A stretch of 64,000 bases of DNA from Lama guanicoe. Lineage: Eukaryota. Position 1 is the stretch's first letter. Each line of letters starts with the position of its first letter. Where the stretch lies: positions 7,957,957-8,021,956 of the forward strand of contig MU053881.1 in the NCBI GenBank assembly GCA_013239625.1, read 5' to 3'. The notes below the pieces were generated by a model. That model was not told the DNA's origin. It ran no database searches and worked only from the letters and a program-made list of their open reading frames with translations. The translations under genes and the position numbers were made by a program. This document shows, piece after piece, positions 12,096 through 24,200 of this stretch.

Positions 12096-14027
12096 GTCAC
12101 ATTGTTGCTTCACCGCCTCTTCGTGTAGGCGCAGACCCGCCAGAGTGAGACAAATGGGAGGTGACCTACCTTCCTAAAGGCGTTTTCTGAAGTGATTTCT
12201 AAAGATATTTGATGCGGGCAACTTTCCAGAATTAGCTCAGTCGTTAGCCGTTTAATGGATGAATAAGTGGGGTGGGGGTGGGCAGCGGTGAGACGGAGAG
12301 ACAGGGGTGGAGAATCATTTCCAAGGCTGGGTCCTTTCTTTATTTGACTCCAGTAAATTTTAACGAGGCCCTTAATGAAATCCCAGTGCTTAGCAGAGCC
12401 TCCACGTTTACAAGTCACCGGCCCGGAGTGGAGGAAGGGAGCTGGGGATCCTGGCGCTGAGTTTCATCCGTCCAGGTGAGCCAGGCTGGCAAGAAGGAGC
12501 CCCAAGCTCTGAGTAGGACTCTCCTGCCCAGACGCAGCGGCGACACTGCCCCGGCCCCACCCCCTCAGGCCATCTGCTCCAGGTCAGTGGCTGCCAGTCA
12601 GTGAGACACTTGGAAGAAATCCTCAGATACAGTTATCACAGGTCCACAGAGCTTCGAGTCACTTGGCTTTGGAAACAGTACAAGACAGAAGTTTGGAAGG
12701 AGTATCGTGATGAACATCAAAATCCTTGTCTTATTTCTCAGTCCAGGAGATGCCCTTTCTCACAGCCCAAAAGCGGCTTCCACCACATGAAGAGTTACTG
12801 TTTACGTGAACTATTTAGTGGATAATAAATAATACTTAAAACATCTCAAAGTACAAAGAATAAAGAATGACAGTAAGACTGGTTTCTATCTTCTAACACT
12901 TAAAAAAAAATAATAAAAAGAAAGAAGAAAAAAAAATTTTTCCCTGCCCTTGAATCCCCTATAAAGTGAAAGATGAAATTTTTATCAAAGTGGGTGGTGG
13001 CGTACATGGAGACTTCCCCGGAATCACACTCTTTATTTCCTACAACGCACTAAAAAGGAAAAAAAGGACCGTCTTGTGAAATGACAAAAACAGCTGCAGT
13101 CCATTTGCTGACAACAGCACCAGGTAACTGTTCAAGTGTGGTTGCGTTTTTTTCCCTTCCCTTTGACCTGGTGTCCATAAGTAAAGATTTTAGGATGTGT
13201 AAAAACCCGAGCTCTGACAGTGGGTCCCTCCCCCCCAGCAGTGGCTGTCTCGAGTGTGCTGGACAGTGCATTCCTCAGCCTCGTCTCCTCCAGGTCTGCA
13301 AGGCACCCCCCAAAGTCTGGCCCCGTTCTTTGCACAGCTTTCTTCTCCCTGAAACACCATCCTCGCCGAGCAGTGGTGGAGTCAGGCTGTCTTTTTGGTG
13401 GGTGGGTGTCACCTGGCCTGGAAGATAACGAACCAAAGGGTTAGCAGCTGGCCCGATCATAGGTCTTGTCATCCAGGGACCCACAGGCTTTGAAGACTTG
13501 ACTGTGGTCACCTTACCAAGTAAAATCGTTTCCTAGTTCTGGCTCTTCTGCAAACCAGAGAGAGGTCATCTGGACTCAGGCACCCCTAAAACTCCATGCT
13601 TCCAGAAAGCTTGTAAGAGGCATTTTGGAACTGAATTCAGTGGTGTCATTTTTGGAATGCTGGAGCTGGGGCCAGGTTGGGGACTCTGGGCAGGGTCTGG
13701 AGCAGAGTGGCCTGGGAGCTGAGACAGGATTTGCTCATAGCTCTGGTCCACATGGACTTCGCATCTTCAGCGGGCTAAGCTTCCCTAAACCCTGTGTCTC
13801 TTTGTAGAAATAATTAGACTCGCATTTCTCCTCTCACCAGGTAATTGGGAGAATCAAGTGATACGGTAAATGTGAAGGAGCTTTATAAACTGTAAAGCGC
13901 TCTAAAAATAAAAGGCATTATGTTTGAATGGGTGTGACTCAGTCCACAAATTCAGTTCTGCAAACTCAGGTATGAATTTTCACCCACATCCTTTTTATCA
14001 CCTTAATTTCACCTTCAAGTGAAATCT

Positions 14028-14070
14028 ACGGTTGCTAAATTTAGCAACTAAAAATCCAGGACCCTCAGCA
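14028..14070 (+). mobile_element. MER53-like hAT terminal fragment
   Basis: GGTTGCTAAATTTAGCAACTAAAAATCCAGGAC resembles the recalled MER53 terminus GGTTGCCAGATTTAGCAAATAAAAATACAGGAC. Confidence 0.5.
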
Positions 14071-15544
14071 CAGGGCTGTCCCTCCAAGCCACCAGGAGAC
14101 TGTGGGAGGAATTGCTCGAGATCCACCCTGGGCCGTAGTTCCAGGGACTTGGGCAGTGTCAAAGGAAGGCAGAAACCAACCAAGTTACCTCTGGGACACA
14201 TCCTGTTCTCTCCAGGTGGTATCGACAGGGCTAGCAGGTCTCTGTGGTCACATGGGCAATGTGAGGATTTTTTTTTTTAACAGACTCACCTTTGGTCCTG
14301 TGTTTACTTAAACATACCACACAGCCCTTGCTTGCTGGGGCCATGCTAGACAGGAATCATGAGGCTGAGTCCTCTGCCTAAGCACCCAGCAGTCCTGACT
14401 TCAGTGTCAGTCTCTCTCTCTCTCACTCACTTGTTCTCTCCTTCTCGTAGTTGCCCTACCTTGCCTCCAGCCCGGGGATATTTCTCTCTTTCTATTGTGA
14501 GTAAAAGCCCCTCTCGACCTTGGCTTTCTCCAGTTCACTTTGCTCCTTCCTCCAAAGACCCTACGGGGTCACCGCTGAGCATCAACTTTTAGAATACCAA
14601 AGTCAGATTGTCTTTGCAGATGGCTACTCCTCCTTCTCTGGAATGGACTAGTTCTAAAGGCATGAAGGCAAGACTGACTGGCTACTTGCTGGAGAAGAGA
14701 AGAGAGGAACGGAGAAAACTGATGGGAAAAGTGAATACAAATTAATCGTTCAAAATATATTCCAGCCGTAACTCCTTTGGCGTGCATTTAATTGCACCCC
14801 GCATCATGGCGTTTCCTGACTGGTCTTTGCTTGCTCTACACTTAGCATCAGGGGAGGGATGGGCACCGTTCTGTATCGCGTCTGCTAGCTGACCTGAAGT
14901 AGGTGCCCAACGAATGCTTGTTGAACTTGTTTTGGTGGCTTGTAGCCGCTTGGTGTGAAGCTGGGACGTGGCACTGGCTGCAGGTCTAACACTGTCTGGA
15001 TCCTGGACACCTTTCAGGAAACTTGGCTGCCCTTGCTGACCACAGCAGAGCAAATACTCCTCCGTGGTTTACTGTGGATTTGTTCTGCCTCGGCGTGGGT
15101 AGCTCCGTGGGCTGGAGGAGCCGGCGCAGAAAGGCAAGGGATACACAAGATGCGACTTTGGCGAGGGGCCGGGGGAAGGTGTTTGCAAAGAGACCCCCTG
15201 TGTGACATTTGGCATCATTTCCAACTAATGATATCTTTCCGAGAGCTTGCAGGCCTTGTCAGCTGGCTCAACCAAGTTACGATCGCTCAGAGACACGGCT
15301 GCGTGGGTCTGGAAAGTGAATTAGCAGGCTGTGGGTCTCCGAAGTTAGCAGGAAAGTCCATGATGTAGCTGGAAATTTCAGGGGGAGGAAGACAGTGTTC
15401 TGTTTTGATACCTTTTGGGGCTCTTTCACACTTGCTTTGTGCTTTGTGTTCCAAGGCAGTCTCTGGTTCCTGGTTCCTCCTAACAAGAGCAGTAAATGTT
15501 GTTCATATTGCAGTGTCACCTGGGGTGCAGAAGCGTCGAGCTGC

Positions 15545-15765
15545 CTTTGCTCAGATTCCTGTCTCGACCACTTACCAGTATTGGTGACCTCCGGCAGGTT
15601 AGCTCATCCCTGAGCTTCAGCTTCCTCGTTAGTGAGACGCAGATCATAACAGCACGTACCTAAGTTCGCCGTGACGGGTGTGAAGGTCCCGTGAGAAAAT
15701 GTGTAGCCGCGCTCGCTGCAGTGCCTGGTGTGTGACAAGGCGTGCTGAATGTTTGCTATTATTGT
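15545..15765 (+). mobile_element. MIR SINE
   Basis: GTGACCTCCGGCAGGTTA...CTGAGCTTCAGCTTCCTC...CAGTGCCTGG...AATGTTTGCTATTATT. Confidence 0.65.
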
Positions 15766-16572
15766 TTTTGGAGCCGTCCACCTATGAGACAAAGGAAAGG
15801 CAGGAAGATCTGCCCTTTTTCAGAAGGGACAACGAGCCCTAGAGAGGCTGGGTGGCTTGTCCAGACTTACCAGGGAAGCCCTCATAAAGACGTGGACCTG
15901 GCCAGGACCACAAGCTCAGTGGATTTCTCTGGCTCCTTCCAGATGCCAGCTCTCACTGTGATGACCTCTTTCCAAGCCTCTGTGTTCCTCTGTGCTCTTC
16001 CTTTTCCTGGGACATCCTTCCAACCTCGCAGGTCCACAGCACAGATTATGTGCTCGCTCTAAAGCGAGTCACCCCTTTTGCCTTGTATTCTAGGAGTCAG
16101 GAGTTCCCTTTCTCCATGGGACCCAGAGTGTCTTCTAACTCACATCCAGCCAGAGATGATTTCTTTCCATCACAAAGAATTGATGCTTTGGCTTTTTAAT
16201 CCCTGCCTTTCCTTGTGTGGGCTTTACCTAAGAGAAGAATGAAGTTATCCTCACTTTACTAAGAACCATATAGAGCTGGGAGCGCACGCCCGGCGTTGCA
16301 GCCTGATGACTGCCCTCTCCCGACTAGCACCTAGGGGAAGTGGCCGGTTCTCCCGGGGCTGGGCCCCTTGAAGCCCAGCACCAGAACCTCCTGGCAGGCT
16401 GGCTGCGTGCAAGGAGGTCACTGTTGAGTGTCCCGTTAAGGCAACGGGGAAAGAAAAGGAGATTAGGAGGGAAGATTAATGTCCAAATTAACATCCAGAG
16501 GCGACTTCCTCTGATGGCTCTGAGTGTTTAGGCAAGAGAAGCCATGGAGAACCCAAGAGCTCTAAAAGCACA

Positions 16573-16647
16573 GTGTGTGTGTGTGTGCGCGCGCGCACGT
16601 GTGCATGCATGCACGTGTGTACATGCATGTTGTACATACACACGTGC
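16573..16647. repeat. Compound (TG)n(CG)n alternating purine-pyrimidine tract
   Basis: Unbroken RY alternation over 16573-16630, resuming over 16631-16647. Confidence 0.9.
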
Positions 16648-17407
16648 TTGTGTTTGTACGACATAACTGCTCTGGAAAGAGGCCATCTTCAGCTCTGATA
16701 AATCTTGGGAAGAAAAGCTATTGAGAGGAGCTTTCTGCTCTGAGAAAGTCAGGATAAAATCGAGGCCGAGCAAGATGATACGCGCTGGGTTAAGCAGACA
16801 GGCTGCAGTGTACGTAGGCAAACATGTACAGACTGTGTACCCAAAACGCACACTTTCAAGCACACACATGCGCAGGTGTAATGTAAACACATTTACTCAC
16901 CTACCCAGAAACTCCCAAACCCTCTCTACCTAATCTCATTTTAATGTCTATTGTTTTTAGGTCAAAGAACAGATAGAAAGAGGTTGGGGCCAGAGGGGTA
17001 ACTTCATGTCCTTCCCCCTCATCCTGGTTCAGGTTCCCTGAAATTGTCGACCAGTCATGACGATAGGAGACCTGGCAGGGGTGCAGGTGGCCCTGGGGGT
17101 GGGGTGGGCAGAGCCGTGGGGCAGGAGGGACCTGGCTCGCCGAGTGCTCAGAGCACTTCCTCGGCACCACGTGTGCCTCCTCACACCGTGCCGGGGAATG
17201 ACAGCTGAGCAGGCCCAGGAGACTGGCTTTCTCAAAGGCCTCTCTGCTCAAAGGAATGCCCGGGTGGGGGATCCTGGTAGAGCACAACCTCTCGTTCGGG
17301 AAGCTTTGGCAGGAAAAGAACAAGTGTGGGTGAAGAGCTGGGTCTTCTCTCATTCGGTTTTCAGATCCTGCTTCTAATAGTAAACACCAGGCTCTCATCA
17401 GCTCTTT

Positions 17408-17539
17408 NNNNNNNNNNNNNNNNNNNNNNNNNNNNNNNNNNNNNNNNNNNNNNNNNNNNNNNNNNNNNNNNNNNNNNNNNNNNNNNNNNNNNNNNNNNNN
17501 NNNNNNNNNNNNNNNNNNNNNNNNNNNNNNNNNNNNNNN
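17408..17539. other. Assembly gap (N run)
   Basis: Run of N. Confidence 1.
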
Positions 17540-18239
17540 CACAACTTATGTGCTAGTGTGGGAGGCTGGGGGCTAGTGAAGAAAGAAGGAGGGGAGGGGC
17601 GGGTTCCTAATGGGTCCTGGGAGGGTCAGGCTATTAAGGGAGAGGGAAGCAGCCATATGGACAGTAGAATGTGATTCAGACCTGCTAAACTCTCTAGCTG
17701 TCAGCCCACCTCCTAGGTGGGGAGGGTCATCTTTGCTTTCCTTATTTTTTAAGAGGATCCCATAAATGAAATAGGTGATTGGAGCGTGTGGAGTTGGTTT
17801 AAGCCTTAGCACATACCCCGCGTCAGAAGATGGCCTGGCTGGGAGGTTATGCCATAAGGGTCTGCAGTACAGCGACGTGGCAGATGCCTTGGGGATCGGG
17901 CATTGCTACTTGACAGAACGCTTGTCTTCTTGACTGTCTTCTCCCTCCATGTCAGTGACGGCCTGAATCTCCTAGCCTGGGCCTGGACCCGCCTCGCCCA
18001 CCATGGCACTCCTGGGCCCTGCACAGTACCTGGTACTGAGGGGAGCTCAGCAAATACCCAGTGAATTCCCTGTGGGCATTTTGGGGAAGGTACAGCCCCT
18101 AAGTGGCTATGGCCCTGGGGACTTCAGTGTCCTGCCGTTTGGTTGCAGAACTAACCTTGTGCGATAACTCAGGCTGCCTTTGAGGCGTCCTGCACTGAGT
18201 TTGCCAAGGCTGTGTCACACCCAAGTGGCGGAGGGGACT

Positions 18240-18350
18240 GTAGTCTCCCAGGACAAGGACCATGTGTCCCTGCTTACAGCTGTATCCACCGCCATGGGAA
18301 CGTATCTGGAACATCGTAGGTACGATATTTGTCGAGTGGGTGAACAGACT
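18240..18350 (+). mobile_element. L2 3' end fragment
   Basis: AGGACAAGGACCATGTGTCCCTGCTTACAGCTGTATCC...TGGAACATCGTAGGTACGATATTTGTCGAGTG. Confidence 0.6.
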
Positions 18351-18589
18351 CATTGTACGTAACGAAATGTAATGAAGGAACATTACAGCTGTGTCTCTTT
18401 CCGTATCCTGATGGTCTAGCTGAAGAGTGAAACTGGGGATGCGCATACTGGTGCCATCCTGAGTGCCATCTGCAGATCCATTCTAAATGACATGGAGCTG
18501 GGTGGAACTTAATGTCTTTGTTCTCTTCCAACACTGGCCCGGGTCATCAGGGAGGATGTTGGTGGTGGCGGTGCTGCTGGCGGTGATGA

Positions 18590-18800
18590 CGTGCACCATC
18601 AGGTGAGAGCTGCTGTGTGCCAGGAGCCCTCCTATACATTTTACGCACATCACCTCATTCGAGCCTCACAGCCGTTCTCTAATGCAGTTACTCCATTTCT
18701 CTGGATTTCACAGAAAGTAAAGCCCAGAGAGGTTAACCCACATGTCCAAAGCCACACAGTTGTAAGGCATGGAGGCATGTTTTAATCCAGGTCCACCGTG
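18590..18800 (-). mobile_element. MIR SINE
   Basis: TGTGTGCCAGG...CTCATTCGAGCCTCACAG...GCCCAGAGAGGTTAACCCACATGTCCAAAGCCACACAG. Confidence 0.65.
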
Positions 18801-20338
18801 AGACCCCAGAATCCCATCTCGTACCGCCGTGGCACTCAGAGCAGTATCAGACCCAGCTTTGGAGGAAGGCCCAGAGGGGTCAGCGGAAGCAGCCAAAGGA
18901 AAGCAAGTTGCAGGGAGTCTATTATGGTTGACCTTGAAAGCCTTATAATGACCCCATTTTCTCCAGAGGACGTTCTGAAAGCCAGTGACTTACTGGGGCT
19001 CCCCAGGTAGCCAGCCCCCCACACCTGTGCCTCAGAGCTCCCACCCTAACCCAGCAGGGACCCCGGAGGACCCAGTCCATCCGCGTTTACTTCTCTTAGA
19101 CACACAGAGTAGCAGCCCCTCCGACTTTGTGTTTTTGTTCCAGGCGGGTCATGGGCTTCTAGCCAAACATCCTTTCAATTAAGGGACGAGGAGCAGCACC
19201 CATGAAGAAAATCAGAACCAGTTAAGAAGAGAAGGGCCCTCGCGCTCGGAGCAGAGGAAGGGACTGGTTCCTGGATTATGATGATTTACCAATGTTTTCC
19301 TAACGTGAGAACCAGTCAGCGGGGGCCTGGGTTTTTTATGAGGGAGGAACCTCTTCCAGACAGCGCTCTCCCCAGCAGTCCCGGTAAATCCCCACACCCC
19401 ACGCCCCCACTTCCAGTGAGAGCGTTGCCCCCTCCAGAGTCGTGGTGTCAAAGCCTGTTGAGCTGTTCCTTACTTATCAGCCGCAACCCCAACATTCGTT
19501 CATGCTTGGAATATGAGCCACTTCATATTTATTCTTGTTTTATCTGGCAAGGAGCCTTACAAGGAAAAAAAAGGAGTCCCCTGCTGGTGCTGTTCAGCCC
19601 TTATATCTTTATAGTCTCTTGAATTGATTTGACAGAGCAATCATAGGCCATGGGTGAGGGCAGCAGGCTGGGAGGCCAAAGGGGACCGTGGAGCCCACCT
19701 CCCTGGGGCTGGTCCAGCCATGTCCAGGTTCGGCCCTGTGGGTCTGGGTACAGGCCTTCGCCCACTCTGCCCCATGCAGACCAGCACCATAGAGAGAGTT
19801 TACTTGTGGCAGTCGTCTCCTGGGAGCCTCAGAAGAGAGCAGGAGTTTCAGGGGAGCCACTAGCAGTGGCTTTCACTACAGAATATTCTAGAAGCCGAGG
19901 GGCTCGGCACACCCCCCACCCCACACCCCAAGGGTGTTGCAGGCTCTTGGAAGGGCTTCTCCAAAGCCATGGTTAGCTTTGGGAAGATTTGCCGAGTAAC
20001 CTGGCCTGCTGAAAAGCTAAGGTTCGAGTTCTACCAGCCTCAGACAAGTCAAGAGGGCTTTACCCCAAGGGACGGTGACAGCTTGAAATGATTACACAAA
20101 ATCCTGCGTGCACGCAGATGTACACTCTGTTTTCTGGGAAAGGGACCTGTAGTTTCAGTAGGTAAGCAAAGGGGTCTGTGACCTCGGTAAGCTTAAGAAC
20201 CCATGAACTAAGGCAGCTTTCTCCAAGGTGTATGTGCCCCACTGGGGGGTTAAGTGATTTTAAGTGCAGCTCAGACAAACTTCTTATTTTACTAGCCATC
20301 CACTTGTTTTCATGTGGCTTAAATATATATATATATAA

Positions 20339-20446
20339 AGTAACTGCATTATATATATATATAAAGCTAACATATCGAGTTCTGTGAAATCCAGAGAAAT
20401 GGGAGTAACTGCATTATATATATATATAAAGCTAACATATCGAGTT
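20339..20446. repeat. Perfect 43-bp direct repeat (2 copies, 22-bp spacer)
   Basis: AGTAACTGCATTATATATATATATAAAGCTAACATATCGAGTT at 20339-20381 and 20404-20446. Confidence 0.95.
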
Positions 20447-21811
20447 TATGATTTCACAGATACTAAAGATCAAGGGGATGTTAAAACAGATTAAATAAAC
20501 GTTAAGAGTCCAGTAGATAAGGATGAAGGAAGTAAATGGTAGGATAAGTTTTTTGCTTCTATGGCAAAATTCACTAATGGTGAAAAGGGAAATCCTTGGA
20601 TCAAGGAAAAAGACTGGAAGAATCCAGCCCTCATCACCTCTTGTCCCAATGATTGAAATGTTTCTAAATGAGACCCCCAGATTCTAGTCTCTTCCACCAG
20701 CTGCCTGCACACCATTGTCATTCATGAGACCCCGTCATGAGACTCTCCTGCTCTAGAACACACGATGGCTCCCTGTGGCCACCACGTTATCTCCAAACTC
20801 CTCGGACTGGATTTTCAAGTCCAGCCTTCTACCTGGCGTTATAGCCACTGTTTCCTAATAATAGTTTGGAAATTCTTCTCCTGCCAGACCAGTCTTCTCA
20901 CTGTCCTCCCCAGCTCCCCGCATTCCATGCTCGTCTCTGCCTCGCTGCTTTTGCCAGTGTAATTGCCGCCACATCCTGTGCTGTTAATTCCTCTCTTGAA
21001 CCCCCGCCCCCTGCGAATCTGCTGTTGGCCGTTGCCACCGGTGTCTCCGTTCTCTGGACTCTTGCAAGTCTGCATGTCAGAGAAAAAAAAAACAGGACGC
21101 TGAGTTAATTACCACTTGGTTTGGCACCAGGAAGCCTGGACACAGAGAGGAGCTGGAGCCGGGGGTCTGAAACTTCCCTTCTGGCTTGTTGAAGTTGTTG
21201 ACGAAATGGGCTAAGTTTGGGATTAATCATTGAAAAGCCAGGGAGATAAACTCCTGGGTTCCAGAGATAGTGACTCCTTGGTCCTCATCCCAGCTTAGGG
21301 TATCAAAACCAAGGACTGTTCATTTTTCACAGTTTATGAGGTTTATCTTTGGCCTGTCAGGAGATGCTGACAGAGAAATGAAATTGGTCTGTTTCTAGTC
21401 TATTTCACTTTCTCATTCCCACTCTCATAACAAGTTGAAATGCTCTATTGTAAACACTTGAGAAGAAAAATAGAGACATAAGCAGCAAATGGAAACGCAC
21501 TTCATAGTTATTTTGCGTTTTTATCTTAATCTTTTAATGTTAAGGCCAAATTCAAAAGATGGGGGAGGGGGGTCACTCTCACTTTATTTCAAGCGGAAAG
21601 TGAGTTTTAAGTGATTCAGTAGGGTAAGGTGACTGCAAATTAACAAGTGGGGTAGTTGGAGAACTTTTTATTTTCCCAGGATTAGGCAGAGCAAATTCAG
21701 GTTCAAAACATTAATGACAGAGGCGCTAGATGTGGGGAACTTCCAGAGCGTTGGCTGAGATTTTTTTCATTTCATCCCCATCAGACATTCATTAAAAGAT
21801 AGCAAAGCATT

Positions 21812-22008
21812 GATAGTGAAATTAAGTCAGGCAGAAAAAGACAAATGCCACATGGTATCACTTATATGTGGAATCCAAAAGATAATACAAATGTTAATAA
21901 CCTATAATGGAATATAATCTGCAAAAAAAAAAACTGGGTCACTATGCTGTACAGCAGAAGTTAACACAACGTTGTAAATCAGCTGTACTTCAATAAAATA
22001 AAAAAAAC
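21812..22008 (+). mobile_element. Internally deleted LINE-1 3' end with TSD
   Basis: AAGTCAGGCAGAAAAAGACAAATGCCACATGGTATCACTTATATGTGGAATC is joined closely to TAATAACCTATAATGG...CTTCAATAAAA. TSD AGCAAAGCATT at 21801-21811 and 22009-22019. Confidence 0.85.
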
Positions 22009-22709
22009 AGCAAAGCATTTAGAAAAACGTGAATCTGGTTTGAAATGTGAAAGTTCGATGTGCTTTCCGAAAAGCATTTTTTTTTCAATTGAATGGGATT
22101 ATTTAAACGCCTCTGACATACCACAGCTTTACTAACAAATAAGGTGACAAAGGAAGACGTTTCTTAGAGGGACCCTGCTCGGTCAGCACAGAATTGGCTA
22201 TAAAAGTTTTCCGAAATGACTCAGATAACAGATCAGTGGGCAGTTATTCAAGAGAAGTTTTAGAACTAAAACTTAAAAATCATGTCTCAGGATTGTTATT
22301 GTCACACAGTCAGTATTTATCCAATGCTTACGGTTTGCACAGGACTGTTACAACTGGCAGGTGTATGGTCTTTTTGTGGCTATGTTTGTGTGAAGGTAAC
22401 TTCTGGCCATTTTTCAGTACGGTTGGTGCTTACCAGGCCTGTGTTGTTCAGCTCTGTATTATACGATTCATCCGCTGCTCTGACTCTGTGATTAGTTCGT
22501 ACTTAAAGGTTTTCTGTTGTCATTAATTGGTTTTAGGTCGTTGACTATTTTTGTGGCCCCTCCATTGTTTTTCTCTTGGTATCATTCTGAATCATAGACT
22601 TAAGCATTCATGCAACTGAAGGAAACTTCCAGTTCTGAAAAGGGTGGTGTTAATAACTTTTATAATTCTTTGCGTTCTTAATTAATTTTTTTAAAGCAAG
22701 TTGCACCCC

Positions 22710-22837
22710 AGGGGAAGGGGAAAGCTCAGGTGGTAGAGTGCATGCTCAGCACGCAAGAGGTCCTGGGTTCAGTCCCCAGTACTTCCTCCAAGCAGGAATA
22801 AATGAATAAACCTAATTACCTCCCCACCCCTTAGAAT
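22710..22837 (+). mobile_element. tRNA-derived SINE (camelid Vic-1-like) with 17-bp TSD
   Basis: GGGGAAGGGGAAAGCTCAGGTGGTAGAGTGCATGCTCAGC...GGTCCTGGGTTCAGTCCCCAGTAC...AATAAACCTAATTACCTCCCC. TSD AAAGCAAGTTGCACCCC at 22693-22709 and 22838-22854, at a TT/AAAG L1-endonuclease-like site. Confidence 0.92.
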
Positions 22838-22904
22838 AAAGCAAGTTGCACCCCTGTTTCAGAATTCCCAGCCTTGCCGCAGCAGCCTGTGGAGTAATGA
22901 TACG

Positions 22905-23150
22905 GCACCGTGATGAGAGACACAGGCCCTCCGGGCAGCACACCTGGACTTGAATCTGGGGTCCCCCACTCACTGCCTGTGTCACCTTTGGCCACTGGCT
23001 AAGCATCTTGTGTCTCAGTTTCCTCATGTGTAGGCCATCATGGTGTTGCAGGAATTAATGGGTTAGTACATTGATTAATGCAATGATTAATTGTATCCAT
23101 ACAATCAGTAGGTTAATACACGCCTGGCCCATACTCGGCTCCCCCTGCGT
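22905..23150 (+). mobile_element. MIR SINE
   Basis: CCTGGACTTGAATCTG...TGTGTCACCTTTGGCC...TGTCTCAGTTTCCTCATGTGTA. Confidence 0.65.
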
Positions 23151-23859
23151 GTTGACTGTTGCTGTTCCCACCTGCCAGGAAGCTTTCAGTGTTACCTTTA
23201 TCCCCCCATGTAGCAATCCGGAAACATGTATAACTTGTTAATAATCATCACAACCATTTATTGAGCACTGATTTTGCAAATGTTGGGGAATACTTTACCC
23301 CACTCCTCCTATTTCCATGGCGGGGCAGGACCTTCCAGGCCTGGAGAGGAAAACATCGTAATGGGCTTCAGGTCGCCTGCCTCACTCTGTCACTCACCTC
23401 TCCCTACTCCGGGCCCTCGGCTACAAGCTCTCTGAGGTCAAGAGCATCAGTTGAGCCCAGCAGGTCCCCTTTCATATAGATCTCCCAGCTCCCAAGTGAG
23501 CACCAGCTCGGTGCCGGCCCCCGGGGTGTGTGGGGCTGTCCCTTGTACACCCTCTGTCCACACCCCTGGGTTTGACAGCATGACGCAGTGACTCAGCTTA
23601 AACATGCCTCCCCCACCAACCCCACCCTCCCACCCCTCTGACAGAGGCAACCCTGAAAGTTCTGGGAGGCAACACTAGGAGGTCCAGTGGTCGGGGCGGC
23701 CACACACCTGAGTCACGTCCTTTATCAAAGGAGCTTTATCAGCCAGAAAGCCAACATTCTGGTCTCCATCTGCTTGATTACACTGGCCTGGAACACGGAA
23801 AGGATGGAGTTGTGATTCGTTCCCACAAAGCACCTCTAAAATAGCCACACCAGGCTCTG

Positions 23860-24010
23860 TGTAGCTGTGTTGTTTCACTTGATCCGACAACCCTGTGAGG
23901 TGGGGATTATTATTCCTGTTTATCAGGTCAGAGAACCAGGTAAGAAAGATGAAACCAGCAGTAGAAGATCTAGGATTCAAACCCAGGTCTGTCTGATGCC
24001 AGAGCTTGGG
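23860..24010 (-). mobile_element. MIR SINE
   Basis: ACAACCCTGTGAGGTGGGGATTATTATTCC...GGATTCAAACCCAGGTCTGTCTGATGCCAGAGC. Confidence 0.7.
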
Positions 24011-24025
24011 GTCTCGAGCCCCTGA

Positions 24026-24200
24026 CCAGAGGTTCTCATTCTTGGAAGGCCACCCAGCATCCCACAGGGGACTCAGCGGAACACAGGTGGCTGGGCTGCC
24101 TCCTCCAAGAGTTTCTGATTCAGTGGCTCTCAGGTGGGGTCCCCAAATTGGCATTTCTAACAAGTTCCCAGGTGACGCGGAGGCTGCCAGGCCTCACACT
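24026..24200. mobile_element. MER5A hAT-Charlie MITE
   Basis: CAGAGGTTCTCA...AGAGTTTCTGATTCAGTGG...GGTGGGG...GCATTTCTAACAAGTTCCCAGGTGA. Confidence 0.8.

Noticed and set aside
14030-14047. Perfect 18-bp palindrome GTTGCTAAATTTAGCAAC (RFX- or Maf-like)
   Set aside because: More simply explained as a mutated MER53-like terminus, and the spacing does not fit a canonical X-box.
16901-17556. ORFs spanning N-gaps (also at 43.3-43.7, 45.6-46.2 and 54.6-55.3 kb)
   Set aside because: Their length is an artefact of N runs lacking stop codons.
20339-20446. Repeat-spacer-repeat resembling a mini CRISPR array
   Set aside because: This is mammalian DNA with only two units, an AT-microsatellite core and no cas genes; it is a local duplication.
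22711-22785. tRNA-like sequences (also at 1305-1377 and 38553-38625)
   Set aside because: These are SINE heads: diverged stems, a shared non-tRNA tail and, for two copies, TSDs. They are not functional tRNA genes.
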